DNA of 64,000 bases from NCBI GenBank assembly GCA_964016885.1, contig OZ024740.1, positions 201,252,001 through 201,316,000 of the forward strand, read 5' to 3'. The notes below the pieces were generated by a model. It made no database searches and was not told the origin of the DNA. It was given only the letters and a program-made list of their open reading frames with translations. Shown here piece by piece: positions 1-13,052 of the stretch. Both the position numbers and the translations under genes were made by a program. Source of the DNA: Eledone cirrhosa. Taxonomy: Eukaryota. Numbering within the stretch: position 1 is the first letter of the stretch; the number at the start of each line of letters is the position of its first letter.

Positions 1-127
1 GTGATTTCAATTGTTTTATTTATATAGTTTATTGTTATTTATCATTGTTAAAAATGTTATGTAAAACCCTCGCCGTCCCGTCTTGTAATGTCCCATTTTT
101 GTACGCCCCTGTGGCAAATAAAGAAAG
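1..127 (+). mobile_element. 3' UTR remnant of a Tx1-like LINE, running into (TATC)n
   Basis: Ends gtcccgtcttgtaatgtccc...gcccctgtggcaaataaagaaa, matching the terminal motif (cccttgtggccaataaagaaa) of the Tx1-like copies at 12875, 18397 and 58393. Confidence 0.6.
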
Positions 128-487
128 ATATCTATCTATCTATCCATGTTAGAACTCTTGGTTATCAAATGTTTTAAATATATTAAAAATAAAAGTAGAT
201 TGAGTCTAATATTTGTTGGTCTGTCTTATATAACCGTAATGTAATTCATTCAAATTCGTTTGTATGTATATTCTTTTTTTAATAAACAGCAGAAATATTT
301 TTTCAATTTTACATAATGTGCATTTCGGAAATCTAGAAGACTATTTTTTATGGTTATATAATGTTAGATTCCACATAAAAAAGATTAAATTCCTCCCATT
401 TAAGTACTTGAATATCATAGTTCTGACGACATACTAGGGCAGGAGTAGAGCGGCAGTCTTCAGACGCAAGGGTGAAAAATGCTCACA

Positions 488-521
488 TATATACACACAC
501 ATACACACACACACATACACA

Positions 522-598
<77 letters not shown>

Positions 599-626
599 AC
601 ACACATACACATACTCTCACACGCAC

Positions 627-668
<42 letters not shown>
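488..668. repeat. (CA)n/(TA)n compound microsatellite
   Basis: Directly visible. Confidence 0.95.
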
Positions 669-669
<1 letters not shown>

Positions 670-855
670 ATTTAAACAGATTAAAACCATGGAAATAAAC
701 CAAAAAATTGTCTCTGGTAAATTTAAAAACCAACTCTGAAATCGAACCTGGTACACTAGGATTTACTTTGGAAAACATGTAATAAAACAAATAGAACCGT
801 ATATATTATAGAAAAAATTCATTCCTCAATATTTTCAATTCAACATGAAAAGACC

Positions 856-1144
856 GACACTCCGTCGGTTACGACGACGAGTGTTCTAGTTGATCTGATC
901 AACAGAACAGCTTGCTCGCGAAATTAACGTGCAAGTGGTTGAACATTCCACAGACACGCGTACCCTTGACGTAGTTCTCAGGAAGATTCAGTGTGACACA
1001 GAATGTGTCAAAGCTGGCCCTTCGAATTACAGGTACGACTCATTTTTGCCAGCTAAGTGGACTGGAGCAACGTTAAATAAAGTGTTTTGCTCAAGAACAC
1101 AACGCGCCGCCGGGAATCGAACCCACGACCTTACGATTGTGAGC
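856..1144 (-). mobile_element. tRNA-derived SINE with CORE-like central domain
   Basis: Minus strand has B-box GGTTCGATTCC followed by gtgttcttgagcaaaacacttta (CORE-like); related fragments near 22320, 22735, 23100 and 40190. Confidence 0.7.
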
Positions 1145-1654
1145 TGTCAACATGAAAAATACTATTGAAAACTAATATTTCCGTCCTCTCCTCATAAGAA
1201 TTTGTTTTATTATTTCCTTTCAGTTGAAGAAGCAACTAGGATCATTTGCTATCGATTGCCTCCTATCTGCAGTTCCCAGTTGCATTAGTTTCAATCATTT
1301 GCTAGCAGCTGCCTCATATTTGCAGTTGCCTTCAATAATTGGCTATCGGCCACCAGCTGCCTCTGTGTTGCTGCTGTCCGCAAATATCCAGTGACAGTGG
1401 CTCATTACATCCGCTATCAGTAGGATTAAACTGTAATTACATTAGATATAGCTGCAAGAGTCAGAACCAACACGCAGATGCAGACAAAAATCAGACGAAA
1501 ATCACAAGGGACCAGATAAAACAATTCTCTACCCTCCACCTTGCCTCTATAAACTCTTTTAATCCAACCGATTTCTCCATAGACTTCTACGCACAGTTTT
1601 CCACACCTTATTTTTTCGTTTCTTCCTCTTAATATTCTCACATATCTTTCTGAT

Positions 1655-1748
1655 TTAGGGATAAGGCCAGCAATTTTTTCGGGGAGGGGGGTGGGGGGAT
1701 TCGATTAAATTGACCCCAGTGCGTGACTGGTACTTTATCTTATCGACT
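1655..1748 (-). mobile_element. 3' fragment of the abundant (ATT)n-tailed SINE
   Basis: Reverse complement gtcgataagataaagtaccagtcacgcactggggtc...gctggcctt matches the full copies at 23755 and 40711. Confidence 0.75.
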
Positions 1749-1924
1749 GATACTGCCAATCCAATAATAATAATAGTAATAAACGAGAGATATATACTTT
1801 ATATCATCTCTATTTATTTCATTATATATAAGCTGTAAAGTTCTATGTATAACATGAAGCAAAACATGTCCTCCTCACATAAAATACATAGAAAATGTAT
1901 AATGTATTTCCCAATGTGCTGGTA

Positions 1925-3021
1925 GACAAACGAACTGGACAGATTGGTGACCACCAAGCATTTTCTCCAGCAGTACCGCAGTGAATCCATGAATGAAAAA
2001 CTGCATGTTTATCAGCAAAAAATCATGCATGGATATGTTGTCGGGAAGCTCCAGAGTGAGAGTAATATAGACAAACAAAGTAGTCTCTCTTGGACCAACA
2101 ACCGCTATATTTTGCAATCCAAGAACAGGAAATCAACACAAAATACCTGATTCACAAAAGAGATAGGGATGCAGGCAAAACACCTAGGTGTGACAACAAA
2201 TGCAGACTCTACAGAATTAACATGTTATAGGCAGCTGTCCAAAGATGTCATCACGGTACTATCTACCGGTACTAGGCATGATGTAGTGACCAAAACACTG
2301 TACAATGCAATCCGTAGAAAATATAGCACCGATAATAAACACATAAAAAGCTACAGCAATGTGGAAGACATACATATACATAATATGAAAAAGTACTGTT
2401 GGAATGTTCCAGTAAAAACCCCAATAAAATGCAGGCATAACAGACCAGATATAATGATATGGGACAGGGAAAAGAAGGCATGCACAGTAGTGGAAGTTAG
2501 CTGCCCAGCAGATGCCAATATAATATCAAATATTAGAGAAAAGGAGAATATTTATGCAGAACTAATGAGAAATCTGCAGATACTCCACCCTGATTACACC
2601 TTCAGATTTATGCCTGTGATTATTGGGGCACTGGGGTATGTTAGTAACTGCCTCAATACAAATCTTCAGAAGCTGAGCTTCACAGAAACAGAAAGAACAC
2701 AACTAGTTAGGAAATTACAAGTACAATCCATTAATGGAACAGTAAAAATATGTAAAACATTCCAAACATTCTGCATGTAATAACTGCATATACACATGTA
2801 CAGATACAAAACATATGCACATGCACACATATAACTCAAAACATACACATCCACATATACAATAACATCCATACCTGCACACACACGCACACATGCTGAC
2901 ATGCATACATATCTACCTAGTTGATGTTGTTTAAATTCCAATGAAAGAGTCTTGTACCTATGTTAGAAACCGACTCTCTCTCTCTCTCTATTGGTAAAAA
3001 GTTATAAAATTATAAAGCCAG
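1925..3021 (+). mobile_element. 5'-truncated, decayed R4/Dong-clade non-LTR retrotransposon (RLE domain + 3' UTR)
   Basis: ORF 2169-2780 has RHD...HNRPDIMIWD...VVEVSCP...EKENIY...PVIIGALG (PD-(D/E)xK restriction-like endonuclease); upstream QEQEINTK motif; ends in (TACA)n. Confidence 0.85.
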
Positions 3022-3125
3022 AACATACATACATACATACATACATACATACATACATACATACATACATACATACATACATACATACATACATACATAC
3101 ATACATACAAACATACATACATACA
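3022..3125. repeat. (TACA)n microsatellite between two R4-clade elements
   Basis: Directly visible. Confidence 0.95.
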
Positions 3126-6100
3126 ATGGCCACCGTTGTGGTCAGTGTCCGATAATCGGACGTGTGTAATTACGGCTTACATGAAGGCAACATACCATAT
3201 ATTGGAAAAAGTTGAGCTACATTACGCGGTAAGATTACATACAATAATTCTACATAAGTGTTTGAACTGTGTGTTGTAAAACACCTATTTATATGAACGA
3301 TACATACACTTATGATATATGAACGATACATATAAACATGTAAAAGCAACGTTGTTATATTACATTTGTAAAGATATATGCAAGTAACGTTTTCGATTCA
3401 GAAACAAAAACATAAGTGTTTGAACTGTGAATATGTTGTAGAACACCTATTTATATGAATGATACATAAACTTTAATATATAAATACAGCGTTGTTATAT
3501 TACATTCATAAAGAAATATACTAAGTAACGGTTTTTTTGTTTTGTTTTTGTTCTTGATTCAAAGGATTCAAGAACAACGTTTAAAACACAGTTGTAGAAT
3601 TAAAAACTAACTGAAAAGAAATATTACCCAAGCTGTGAATAACTTTAAATTTGATTCTGACAGAACTTTGTCGAAACTTTTAAAGAAGATCATCGACTAT
3701 TTTGAAAAATAAATACAAAATATTAGTGAATAGACGAACGCATCATGGCAAAACGTACAAGTTTCCTTCGACCAAATCGCAACTACAGCCGCTGTATGCA
3801 GTGGAGCTACGAGCTTAACAAAGAATTATATGAAGCATACAAACAATCTGAACCCCAAAAGTTCGGTTTTATGCAAAGGCTAAAAACTTTATGGAACTCC
3901 AAACACCCAGAATTAGACTTTTCTCCAAAGCATTTAAATGAACAGGCAAAACGTATCATTAGATGTAAATTGAGACATCTAACGGAATTGAGTGATACTA
4001 CAAATACAGCCCTTGTAGACAACCACCCCACTTCCACTGACAGACAAAGAGAATGGCCAGCTAAATCTAACCGTGAACAGCTCACCAACAATTTTGCTGA
4101 AATCCATCCCACTTCCACTGAAGAACAGCGAGAATGGTCAGCTAACTCTAGTAGTAATTGTCACCACATCAACAACGAGGCTGAAATTCATAACTCTACT
4201 GTACAAACAGAACACCAAAAACTTGTGGACACCTTACAAGTGATATGGGATAATATGTTTCAAGAGATACACAACCTTAATGTGAGTGACAGACCATACA
4301 ACACCAGAATCAGTAAATAACCCACTAAATTGGAATTGGAGGCGGTGAACGAAATAGCTGACAATAATCTGAAGGCTATACGATCCAAAGGTGTAGAAAC
4401 GACATTTGAAATGCTTAACATTTTGTTGTATGTTTCAACTGTCACATTGCTATCATATAAAAAAAACATCTAAAACTACGCAATCAAGATACAAACAAAA
4501 AGCCTGAACCAGCGTGGATGCGAAATTTAAAAAGCAAAATTTTGTCCCTGAGACGAAGTATCTCACACATCGCAGTCATTATGAAATGCAACATAGAGAG
4601 CAACTTCACACGACACCAGGAAGGCGTAAAAAAAAATTAGAGAGACGATTTGGAGAAACAAAATTTAAAACTTTAAACTCCAAATTACACCAGTTGAAAC
4701 AACTCACAGCTACAACAGAAAGACTAAAATATAAGTCAACAGCACATAAACGACAAGTGCTAAATAGATTGTTTGCCAGAGATCCTAAATTAGTTTATCG
4801 CAGCTTCGGTGGCAAAAGCTCAATCCCTGTAAATGACACCCCTTCAAAAGAACAGGTTGAGAGCTACTGGAGATCTGTAAGGGAAACGGATGACGGATTC
4901 AACAGACAAACTAAATGGCTAAAAGAACTGGAACAGGACTACTGCCAACATGTCCAGACAAAACAATATGACATAGATGGGTCGATACTGGAAACAGCTC
5001 TACAGAAAATTTCAAATAGGAAATCCTCAGGCCCAGACCACATAACAGGATACTGGTTGAAGAAATTCACTTTTTATCGGCAAGATCTCATACGGCTGTT
5101 CAGAGAAACCATTAAAGGCACACAAGAACTGCCCAGATGGTTATCAACTGCCACTACTCTCCTCATTCCCCAAAATAGCCATACCACTCTTGCTAAAAAT
5201 GACCGCCCAATAGCCTGCCAAAACATCATGTATAAATTATATACTGGGTGCCTTAACCTGTTCTTATAGGATCATTGTGCTACCAACAACATTATAACAC
5301 CTGAGCAAGCTGGTGGAAAGAAGGAGGTGTGGGGTTACATAGATCAGCTATTAAAAAATAAAATGATTCAAGAAAAAACAACAAAGAATCTCAGAAACAG
5401 GATGTGGTGTGGCCGGACTATCAAAAAGCATTTGATAGTGTACCTCATGGGTGGATTGTTAAGGCTTTACAGTTAGCCAAAGTCCCACAACCACTGGTAG
5501 CTGCTGTTGAACGTCTGACCAAGAACTGGTACACCAATTTGATCCTTAGAGGTGAGAAGGAGCAGGTTAAGACTGATAAGATACATTACCAGAAGGGCAT
5601 CTTTCAGGGTGATAGCTTGTCAGTGCTACTCTTCGTTCTCTCACTAAAATCCACTATCTTACCTACTCAGGAAACAAGGTCGACAAAGAAGTGGGTCCAG
5701 AAGTATCTCCCATATTTTCTTTGTTGACCTGAAGTTGTATGGGCCAAATATCAATCACATCAAGAAACAATTGGACCTCATTACACAATTTTCAACAGAC
5801 ATCAAAATGAAATTTGGTGAGTCCAAGTGTGCATATTTGGCAGTAAAACGTGGAAGAGCTGTGTCCTCCTCTAGAAATCTAGAGATGAACGGCCTGACAA
5901 TACAACCTCTACAGTCAGGTGACAACTACAGATATCTTGGACAGGATGAGAATGTCAGATATGATGGACCCATAAATAAGGAGAGAACCAGAACTGAATA
6001 CCTCAGAAGAGTAAAGAAAATATGGTCATCAGAACTGTCAGCGTACAACAAATACATTGCCCACAATACTTATGATGTGCCAATTCTAACGCCAACATTG

Positions 6101-7302
6101 GCCTGCTGAACTGGTCATTGCAAGAACTAAGTGAGATGGATGTTAGAACTCGCAAACTTCTCAGTGTTACTGGGAACTTTAACATCAATGGTGATGTGGA
6201 TAGGCTATACTTCTCACGCAAGGAAGGTGGCCGGGGTCTAAAATCCATATTAACATCATATGAGACCCGGATAGTAACACTGAAGCAACATCTTCAACAG
6301 AGGGAAAAGGTTGGCAACCAACTTGCCCAGGTTTATGAGCATGAAGAAAAAAATATTATTAGGATAGCCACTGATCTGGAGGAGAGATATGGAATAAAGC
6401 CTGATATAAATCTCTCATCGGAAGATCCTATTCAATGTTCAAACAAGATGAAAAAATTGACCAATTTACAGAAAAAGTGGTGCATGAATATTTGAGACGT
6501 AAACCACAGGCCATAGAGGGGATAAACCACTCAAAAAGCCTGGCATGGAGTTCCGACAATTTATGACATCACTCCTTGAGGGATATCTCTATGCAATACA
6601 AGAACAATAACTCCCTACCAAATATCTGTTGCACAAAAGAGGAGGGCCATCAGCTGACAATAAATGTAGGCTATGTAAAACAAAGATCGAAGATGTTAGC
6701 CACATTGTTGCCAGCTGCGAAAGAATGTCATCTCGCTACTACCTCCCCATGAGACACGATGGGATAGCTAGAACCATCTGGAACGCACTTCAGAAAACAA
6801 AATTAAAAACAAACGAGGAAGAATATATTGAGACAGATGGCAATAAGGAATACTGGTGGAACCTGAAAATAAAAACTGCCACCAAATTAAAGCACAACCG
6901 GCCTGATATTGTTGTTCGGGACCACACATTGAAAACGTGTTCTGTTGTGGAGATCAGCTGCCCACTTGATGTAAATGTTGTTAGAAAAATACAGGAGAAG
7001 GAGGACATCTACGGACCATTGATGAGGAGTTTACAAATACACCTTTAGCTTCATACCCATCATTATTGGAGCTACGGGTTATATACCAACCCTCTTGGAC
7101 CAATGTATAACTGAACTTGGATTTGCGGATAAAGAGCGCAGCTCCCTAATTCATAGTCTACAAATGGCTGCGATAGTTGGCCCCTTCAAAATTTACAAAA
7201 CATTCTTGCGATTCAAGGAATGACAATTTCTTTTCTTTTACAACCTTGCCACCAGGAAGGTGGCCGGTCAAAAATATACTCGAAATTAAGAGAAAGAGAT
7301 AA
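3126..7302 (+). mobile_element. Near full-length, frameshifted R4/Dong-clade retrotransposon flanked by (TACA)n
   Basis: Consecutive ORF pieces from 3745 to ~7220: N-terminal WSYELN...LWNSKHP domain, RT (GPDHITGYW, RPIAC, DYQKAFDSVPH, GIFQGDSLS, YRYLG), GGRGL, CCHC knuckle CRLC..H....C, RLE HNRPDIVV..EISCP. Confidence 0.9.
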
Positions 7303-7378
7303 ACATACATACATACATACATACATACATACATACATACATACATACATACATACATACATACATACATACATACAT
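7303..7378. repeat. (TACA)n microsatellite
   Basis: Directly visible. Confidence 0.95.
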
Positions 7379-8709
7379 AAGGACTCTCAAAACTAGATAT
7401 CTCTACTTATACTCTGAGAATAAGAATACACTTAATGAAGAGAAGACAGGCTTCCGAAATACTTCTAGATTGGCAGATTGAATTCGTTTTTCTGTAGATA
7501 ACGAGGTATTCCGTTATCATTTTAAGAAAATATACAAATTGTCTTGCGATTAAAATGTCAGCCGAAAGGACTTGAAAATAGTGAAAGTGCTGTACTGATC
7601 AATTTGTCGTCACTTAAACGATCATCGGTGTTTTAGTGTCGCCATGGAACATGATAGAATTGAATAGAACAAGATTCTATCTCTTGACTGCTTAAGTTGA
7701 TGGAAGATTAATCGTTCTATATCAAAAAGAATATCTAGATATCGTTATAGAAAGATAGTTGTGGCGGTAGTGGTGGTGGTGATGGGGAGTGCATGCAATT
7801 TTGTTGGTGAAGTTGTGTATATAGTTTTATTCTGTTAATAGTAATCGCTCTATTTTTCAAAGAAAGTTGAATATTTTCATTTTTATTTACGATTCCTTAG
7901 CGAGGCTTATAATGTAAACACTCTAGTTGTACCTACATCAAATTTCTCTTCTGTTTTAATCAAAGTTTATCTAAGAATTCATTATTCAAAATGTCCTGTT
8001 TTGAAGATGGTATGGTCTGATTTCAATGACAGTTGACTACTGTTTCTAGCTTATTATTCAACCACCTGGAATCTCTTTCAATGGTTTGATTGATTAAGGG
8101 TGATATAATGATGAACAAACTGTTTTGTATATCAAGAGGAAGCAGACGTAACTGAGTCGTTTGCTACTCAATCATGAAGACCCAGGTTCAATCCCATCTA
8201 AGGCATTTTGCACATAGCCTCAAGCTGATCTAATCTTTGTGAATGCAATGTGGAACTATGTGGAAACCTGTCGAATAGATTGCACCTGTAATTCAAACGT
8301 CCAGCATTGTCACATATTGAGTCACATTGTTTCGGCTTGGAAATTATGTTAAGCCTTTTGGTACGAAGCCGCCCCAAGCATTTCTTGTCTGAGGTTAAAA
8401 AACCTCCATTTTATAATGTTTGTACTTAACCTTTCATCATAATTTTATTTCAGAAGCGTTTGTTACGTGATGTTCCAAACATCAGCTTAATAATGTAAAA
8501 GTTAGCTAGTTTAGGAAATTACTCCAATTTTTTTTTATTTTATGATTTTCAAAATAAACTGAAACACATAGACAGTGTATTTTATAAGAAATACGGTTAC
8601 AAAGTGATTAAGGTACAAGTGTCTATGGAATACTCAACCACTTAATTCCCGAATTGAAGATTCAGTTAATGGAATAACTGAATTCTCATCATCGAACCGA
8701 CGGCGGATC

Positions 8710-8769
8710 CATCACCATCATCACTGTCATCATCATCGCCATTGTCAACCTCATCATCATCATCTCCAT

Positions 8770-8818
<49 letters not shown>

Positions 8819-8829
8819 TGCAGCAGCAG
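8710..8829. repeat. (TCA)n/(GCA)n trinucleotide repeats
   Basis: Directly visible. Confidence 0.9.
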
Positions 8830-9539
8830 TAATCTTTGTCAAAAGACAAATTACTGATAGAGATACTATTAGAAATGTTGACTTTCCATTATCATAACAA
8901 CCTGGTGAGTGTTTTAAATATATTCTCGATGTGTGTTTATAGGCAGTGCAAACAGGCATTGGCGAACAACGAGATAAAATGAACGTGTAAGGTAACCGTA
9001 ATTATCTATGAGACTTCATTAGTTGTCTCACACTTTTTAACTTTAATTAAGCAATCCATTACTGAATAAGACTTTTCCCGTCAATAAATGATTAGTACAC
9101 ACATTAAGGTACATAAAATACCTATTAATTTGACAGATTACCAATAAATTTAGCTCATTGCATATCATATACTTACTGGAATGAGGGCACTAAAACAGAA
9201 ATACACGATACATTAATAAACACACTCACGGATCAAATATAGATACTTGCACACACGCATACATGCATATACAATCATACATGCACACGCACATACATAC
9301 ATGGTGGTTGCAACTTGATTTCGAGTAATGCCATTGCTTGATACTTAAGCGTGAGCATCACGAGCGTGGAGTTTTAGTCCTATAGCCAGCTAGGCCATGC
9401 ATCACAAAAGGTGTCACATATCAAGGGGTGCCTGTGCTTGAAGCTTTTTTAAGCGAGGAAAGGCTTTGCACGGGGCCAATCCCACTCTCTGAACATCGAA
9501 TATTTATTAGATTACCGTTGATTCTCCCGAGTTCTTCCG

Positions 9540-9675
9540 CTATTTCACTGGTTATTTTTTGCCCCCGAAAGTAGGAAAGGCAAAGCTGTCCTAAGTTTAA
9601 TTTGAACTTAGAGCACAAAGGGTCGAAATATTTTACAAGACATTCTTTCGGACGCCCTAATGACTCTGTCAATTC
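9540..9675 (-). mobile_element. Old diverged SINE of the (ATT)n-tailed superfamily
   Basis: Reverse complement has ctaagttcaaatt (B-box-like) then gctttgcctttcctactttcgggggcaaaaaataaccagt. Confidence 0.55.
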
Positions 9676-9964
9676 CCGTCTTATCTGCGGAATAGATATG
9701 TTATCACTTCTGTCAGCAATAGAAAGACAAATAGAAATATTGGTCACTTGGTCCGATCCACCAATTGGCTGCTTTTATTATTTAATCATTATGACAAAGT
9801 ATAAGCCTCGCTAATGAATCACAATAAGGCAAAAACCTGTCCGATTTTGTTTCCCGTCTTTACTAAAGTAAAATAAAAATAGAAATATATATATGGTGAC
9901 AATTATCGGTATTTTTTCCTATTCGAATAATTAATTAGACTTTTCGTGATAACTTAGATATAGA

Positions 9965-10122
9965 CGCTGGCATAGGTATATGGTTAAAGAGCTACCGAAT
10001 AAACTTCGTGGTTCTGGGTTCAGTCTCACTGCATCATAACTTGGGCAAGAGAATTCAATTGTAGCCATGGACTAACTAATGCTTTGTGAGTGGAATTTGG
10101 GAGACGGAAACTGTACAAGTCC
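9965..10122 (+). mobile_element. tRNA-derived CORE-like SINE (second family)
   Basis: A-box-like tggcataggtatatgg, gggttcagtc, CORE-like cttgggcaag, tail gagtggaatttgggagacggaaactg; related minus copies near 20410-20580, 23610-23740 and 28985-29070. Confidence 0.6.
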
Positions 10123-10124
10123 AT

Positions 10125-10242
<118 letters not shown>

Positions 10243-10461
10243 CAGTGAGAATCGCATTTCGGCGGGTAGAAAAGGCGAAACGAAACGCAAAAATCAGATA
10301 TGATACTGGCAAGCGCTCGATAGTTAAAAAAACTAGAGCTGAACAATATGTTAAGAGGCCATACAAAACTGAAATAGTGGTCAAGAAAGCGTCAACCACC
10401 TAAGCCAAAATGCAAATCAAGCTAAACAGGTCAAAACAAAATAAAATAAATGATAAAGAAA

Positions 10462-10520
<59 letters not shown>

Positions 10521-10523
<3 letters not shown>

Positions 10524-11057
10524 ATAATAATAGGCTGCCCGTTGCAAATGGTGGGGCATGTGAAAAAGTAGGTCCTTCATCAGTGACCCTCCAACCGTCG
10601 CAGGCATTTCATCGCTTTAAGGGCCATATGCCTCAGGTTGGTGCGAACAACGGCTAAAAAAAGTCGTTGGGACACGTAAACAAAGGGGACGCCAGGGTAA
10701 CAAACAGAAAAGTTTAAGCAACGGAAAGTGAGAGGAAATAGACAAGTCCCAGATCTCTATGAATATAAACTCGGTGAAATCGTGAACAAGAGACAAAAGA
10801 CCATCAAACCTGGTTGAAATGTGAGCAAGGAAAGAATTTCGCCCAAGTTTGACGGGGGGGGAAAAAGAGAGAAGAAGAAGATAAAGGGGTCTGGTCTACG
10901 AATTCGGTAAACATAAGTTTTGTGAAGTCGCAGACGAAAGAGAGAGAGAGAAAAAAATTTCCATACCAGCTTGGTCAAGACCGCGCGAGAAAAGAATTAC
11001 ACACAGGTCAAACTTGAAGGAGGAGGAGGAAAGAGGAGGAGGAGAGGTAGTGACAGA

Positions 11058-11060
<3 letters not shown>
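10521..11060 (-). mobile_element. Non-coding repeat (copy A), flanked by (TA)n, carrying a rearranged hammerhead motif
   Basis: Colinear and highly similar to 37810-38419 and 38375-38590; (TA)n on both sides; no credible ORF. Confidence 0.8.
10576..10641 (-). ncRNA. Candidate non-circularly permuted hammerhead ribozyme (copy A)
   Basis: Minus strand: ccaacc ug aggcaU A uggcccu uaaagcga u GAA Augccu gcgac gguugg aggguca CUGAUGA a. Stem III aggcau/augccu, stem I uggcccu/aggguca, 10.1-11.1 pair A-U. Confidence 0.7.
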
Positions 11061-11095
<35 letters not shown>

Positions 11096-11165
11096 TCTGT
11101 CATATATATATATATATATATATATGCAGTGGCCCGTTGCTGTGAAGCTGGAGCAACCAGATGAC

Positions 11166-11213
<48 letters not shown>

Positions 11214-11874
11214 CCTTAATATCTCGTAACACAGTGGTTCAACAAAAAGAGCTCGTTAAAGTAAGTACGCTTGAAAAAATAGATAGTGAGATCAATGTGA
11301 TCGAGTAGAATCCATATATAGCGTTGTCTTAGCATGGCCGCAGTCATATCACTAGAACCAGTAAAAGAATAAAAGAATAACAATAAAGTACTCTATGTCA
11401 GTCATTCTGATTTGTTGAGAAATATACCGTATCTAGAGAATAAATGACCCAAAGACGCCGCTTGTAAACATGAAATACACTAAAATTAGTTATATAATAA
11501 ATATCTATGCAAAGCATAGCGTATTTCAGAAAATTTAAACTAAATTTAGAGTAGGAATAATTAAAATTTATAGGCTTCGCTGTGAAAAGATAGACAACGG
11601 TGAAAATATTCTGACATTCTCCTTATACACAGAAAAATATTTCTTAGTTTTGGGAGTTCTATGTGGGTTCTATGTACGAAGAAAATAACAGAATCGTTTC
11701 ACATTCGTGTATGTTTTCAAATCGACATTTCTAAATTGTAGTTACGCCTACACTAGATTTATCTTAGCAAAGTTTGTTTTAAAATATTTAATGTAAGGAG
11801 CATTTAAAAAAAGCAACTACTGAAAATAATTAAGCAGTAAAAAAGAACGATATTATTCAATAATTAAGAGCCCC

Positions 11875-12112
11875 TGACTAGAAGTGCTGATAAAGCGTCG
11901 GGCAACAAGCTTTGCGGCATATTGTTACGATCCTAGACGATTTGAGTTCAAACCCCACTTAGTTTAGCTTTACCTTTCATCCGTAAGGGGTCGATAAAAT
12001 AATGTATCAGTCCAAAACTGGGTCGGTATAATCGACTTTATCCCCCCCCCCCTCCACCACCACCACACATACACAAATTGCTGTCCTTGTGCCTAAATTA
12101 GAAATCATTATT
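11875..12112 (+). mobile_element. (ATT)n-tailed tRNA-derived SINE
   Basis: B-box gagttcaaaccc, central ctttcatccgtaaggggtcgataaaat, tail ccttgtgcctaaattagaaatcattatt. Confidence 0.8.
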
Positions 12113-12446
12113 CAATGATTAATATTGCTTTAATTATGTCAGCAAGTGTTGGAGGAAAGACTACATTAGCTAACGTCTCTTTTTTTCAAAACAGTGAGGT
12201 ATAGTTTGGGAGAGGTTTGTGTGCTATTTCTTGGAGGTCGAGCGGTCACGTTGAGACTACCTTGTTGGATTGTTTCAAGATATAATTTTAAAGAAAGTTC
12301 ATCTTTCAATTGCTGGAGGACTAAGGAGGGATGATCAAAACTTTGGAATTATTTAATCAATATTAACTGAAACAAATTAATTAGTTCATGAATTTTATTA
12401 TTATTAGTAGTAGTATTATCATCATCATCATTGTTATTATTTTTTT

Positions 12447-12875
12447 TTTTTTCAAGTTTCACTTGAAGAGGAAAATCAGGGTGGAGAGGCAAGTGCTGCT
12501 TTCTAGCAAGTTTGTTGAAAGGTGGGTGAATGTAGCGAGAATGGTCCGAGTGAACAGGACCGCTCTGAATATACGCCTGTAGTTTGAGAAATGGAAAAAT
12601 TGAGGGAGGGCGCTTGCCCTGGTGGTCAGGGTGGCCGTGGTCTTTTGTGTGGTTTTCGCCACGAGTAATCCTCGGAGGTTTCCCCCCTATTGGGGAATTT
12701 TTCATTGTTTCAATTTTCATTTTTATTGTTTATATATATATATGTTTCTATGTCCTTTTTTTCTTTTCTTATATAAATAATAAAAATCTTTACACGCACA
12801 AAACCCACATCGTACCGTCCTGCGACGTCTGTAATGTTTTTCTTGATGTCAGCCCTTGTGGCCAATAAAGAAATC
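12447..12875 (+). mobile_element. 3' end of a Tx1-like LINE (family B)
   Basis: Encodes FKFHLKRKIRVERQVL...WVNVARMVRVN (ORF2 C-terminus), nearly identical to 55440-55695; ends gccaataaagaaatc-attatt. Confidence 0.85.
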
Positions 12876-12886
12876 ATTATTGTTTT

Positions 12887-13052
12887 TTGAGTCTCAGTCA
12901 TTGATGTTAGTTAACTGGAAAGTTTGTTGAAATGAATATCAAGCCTCTACCTGCAGCCTCAGATATTCAGGACGTATCGGAGGGTTCTTGCTGTTCCCAG
13001 CAATCATGCCTTTTGAAGTGTTCCAAAAAGCGGGGCGGGGCCAAATTTCTTT
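12887..13052 (-). mobile_element. 3' end of the Dong-like element
   Basis: Reverse complement matches 55080-55245 (LLGTARTLRYVLNI* plus 3' UTR). Confidence 0.85.

Noticed and set aside
460-756. ORFs such as [18 protein letters not shown] here and throughout the window
   Set aside because: Translations of microsatellites that lack stop codons; no coding evidence.
1224-1400. Plus-strand splice acceptor followed by three degenerate ~45-55-bp repeats
   Set aside because: No recognisable protein or donor site; cannot be supported as an exon.
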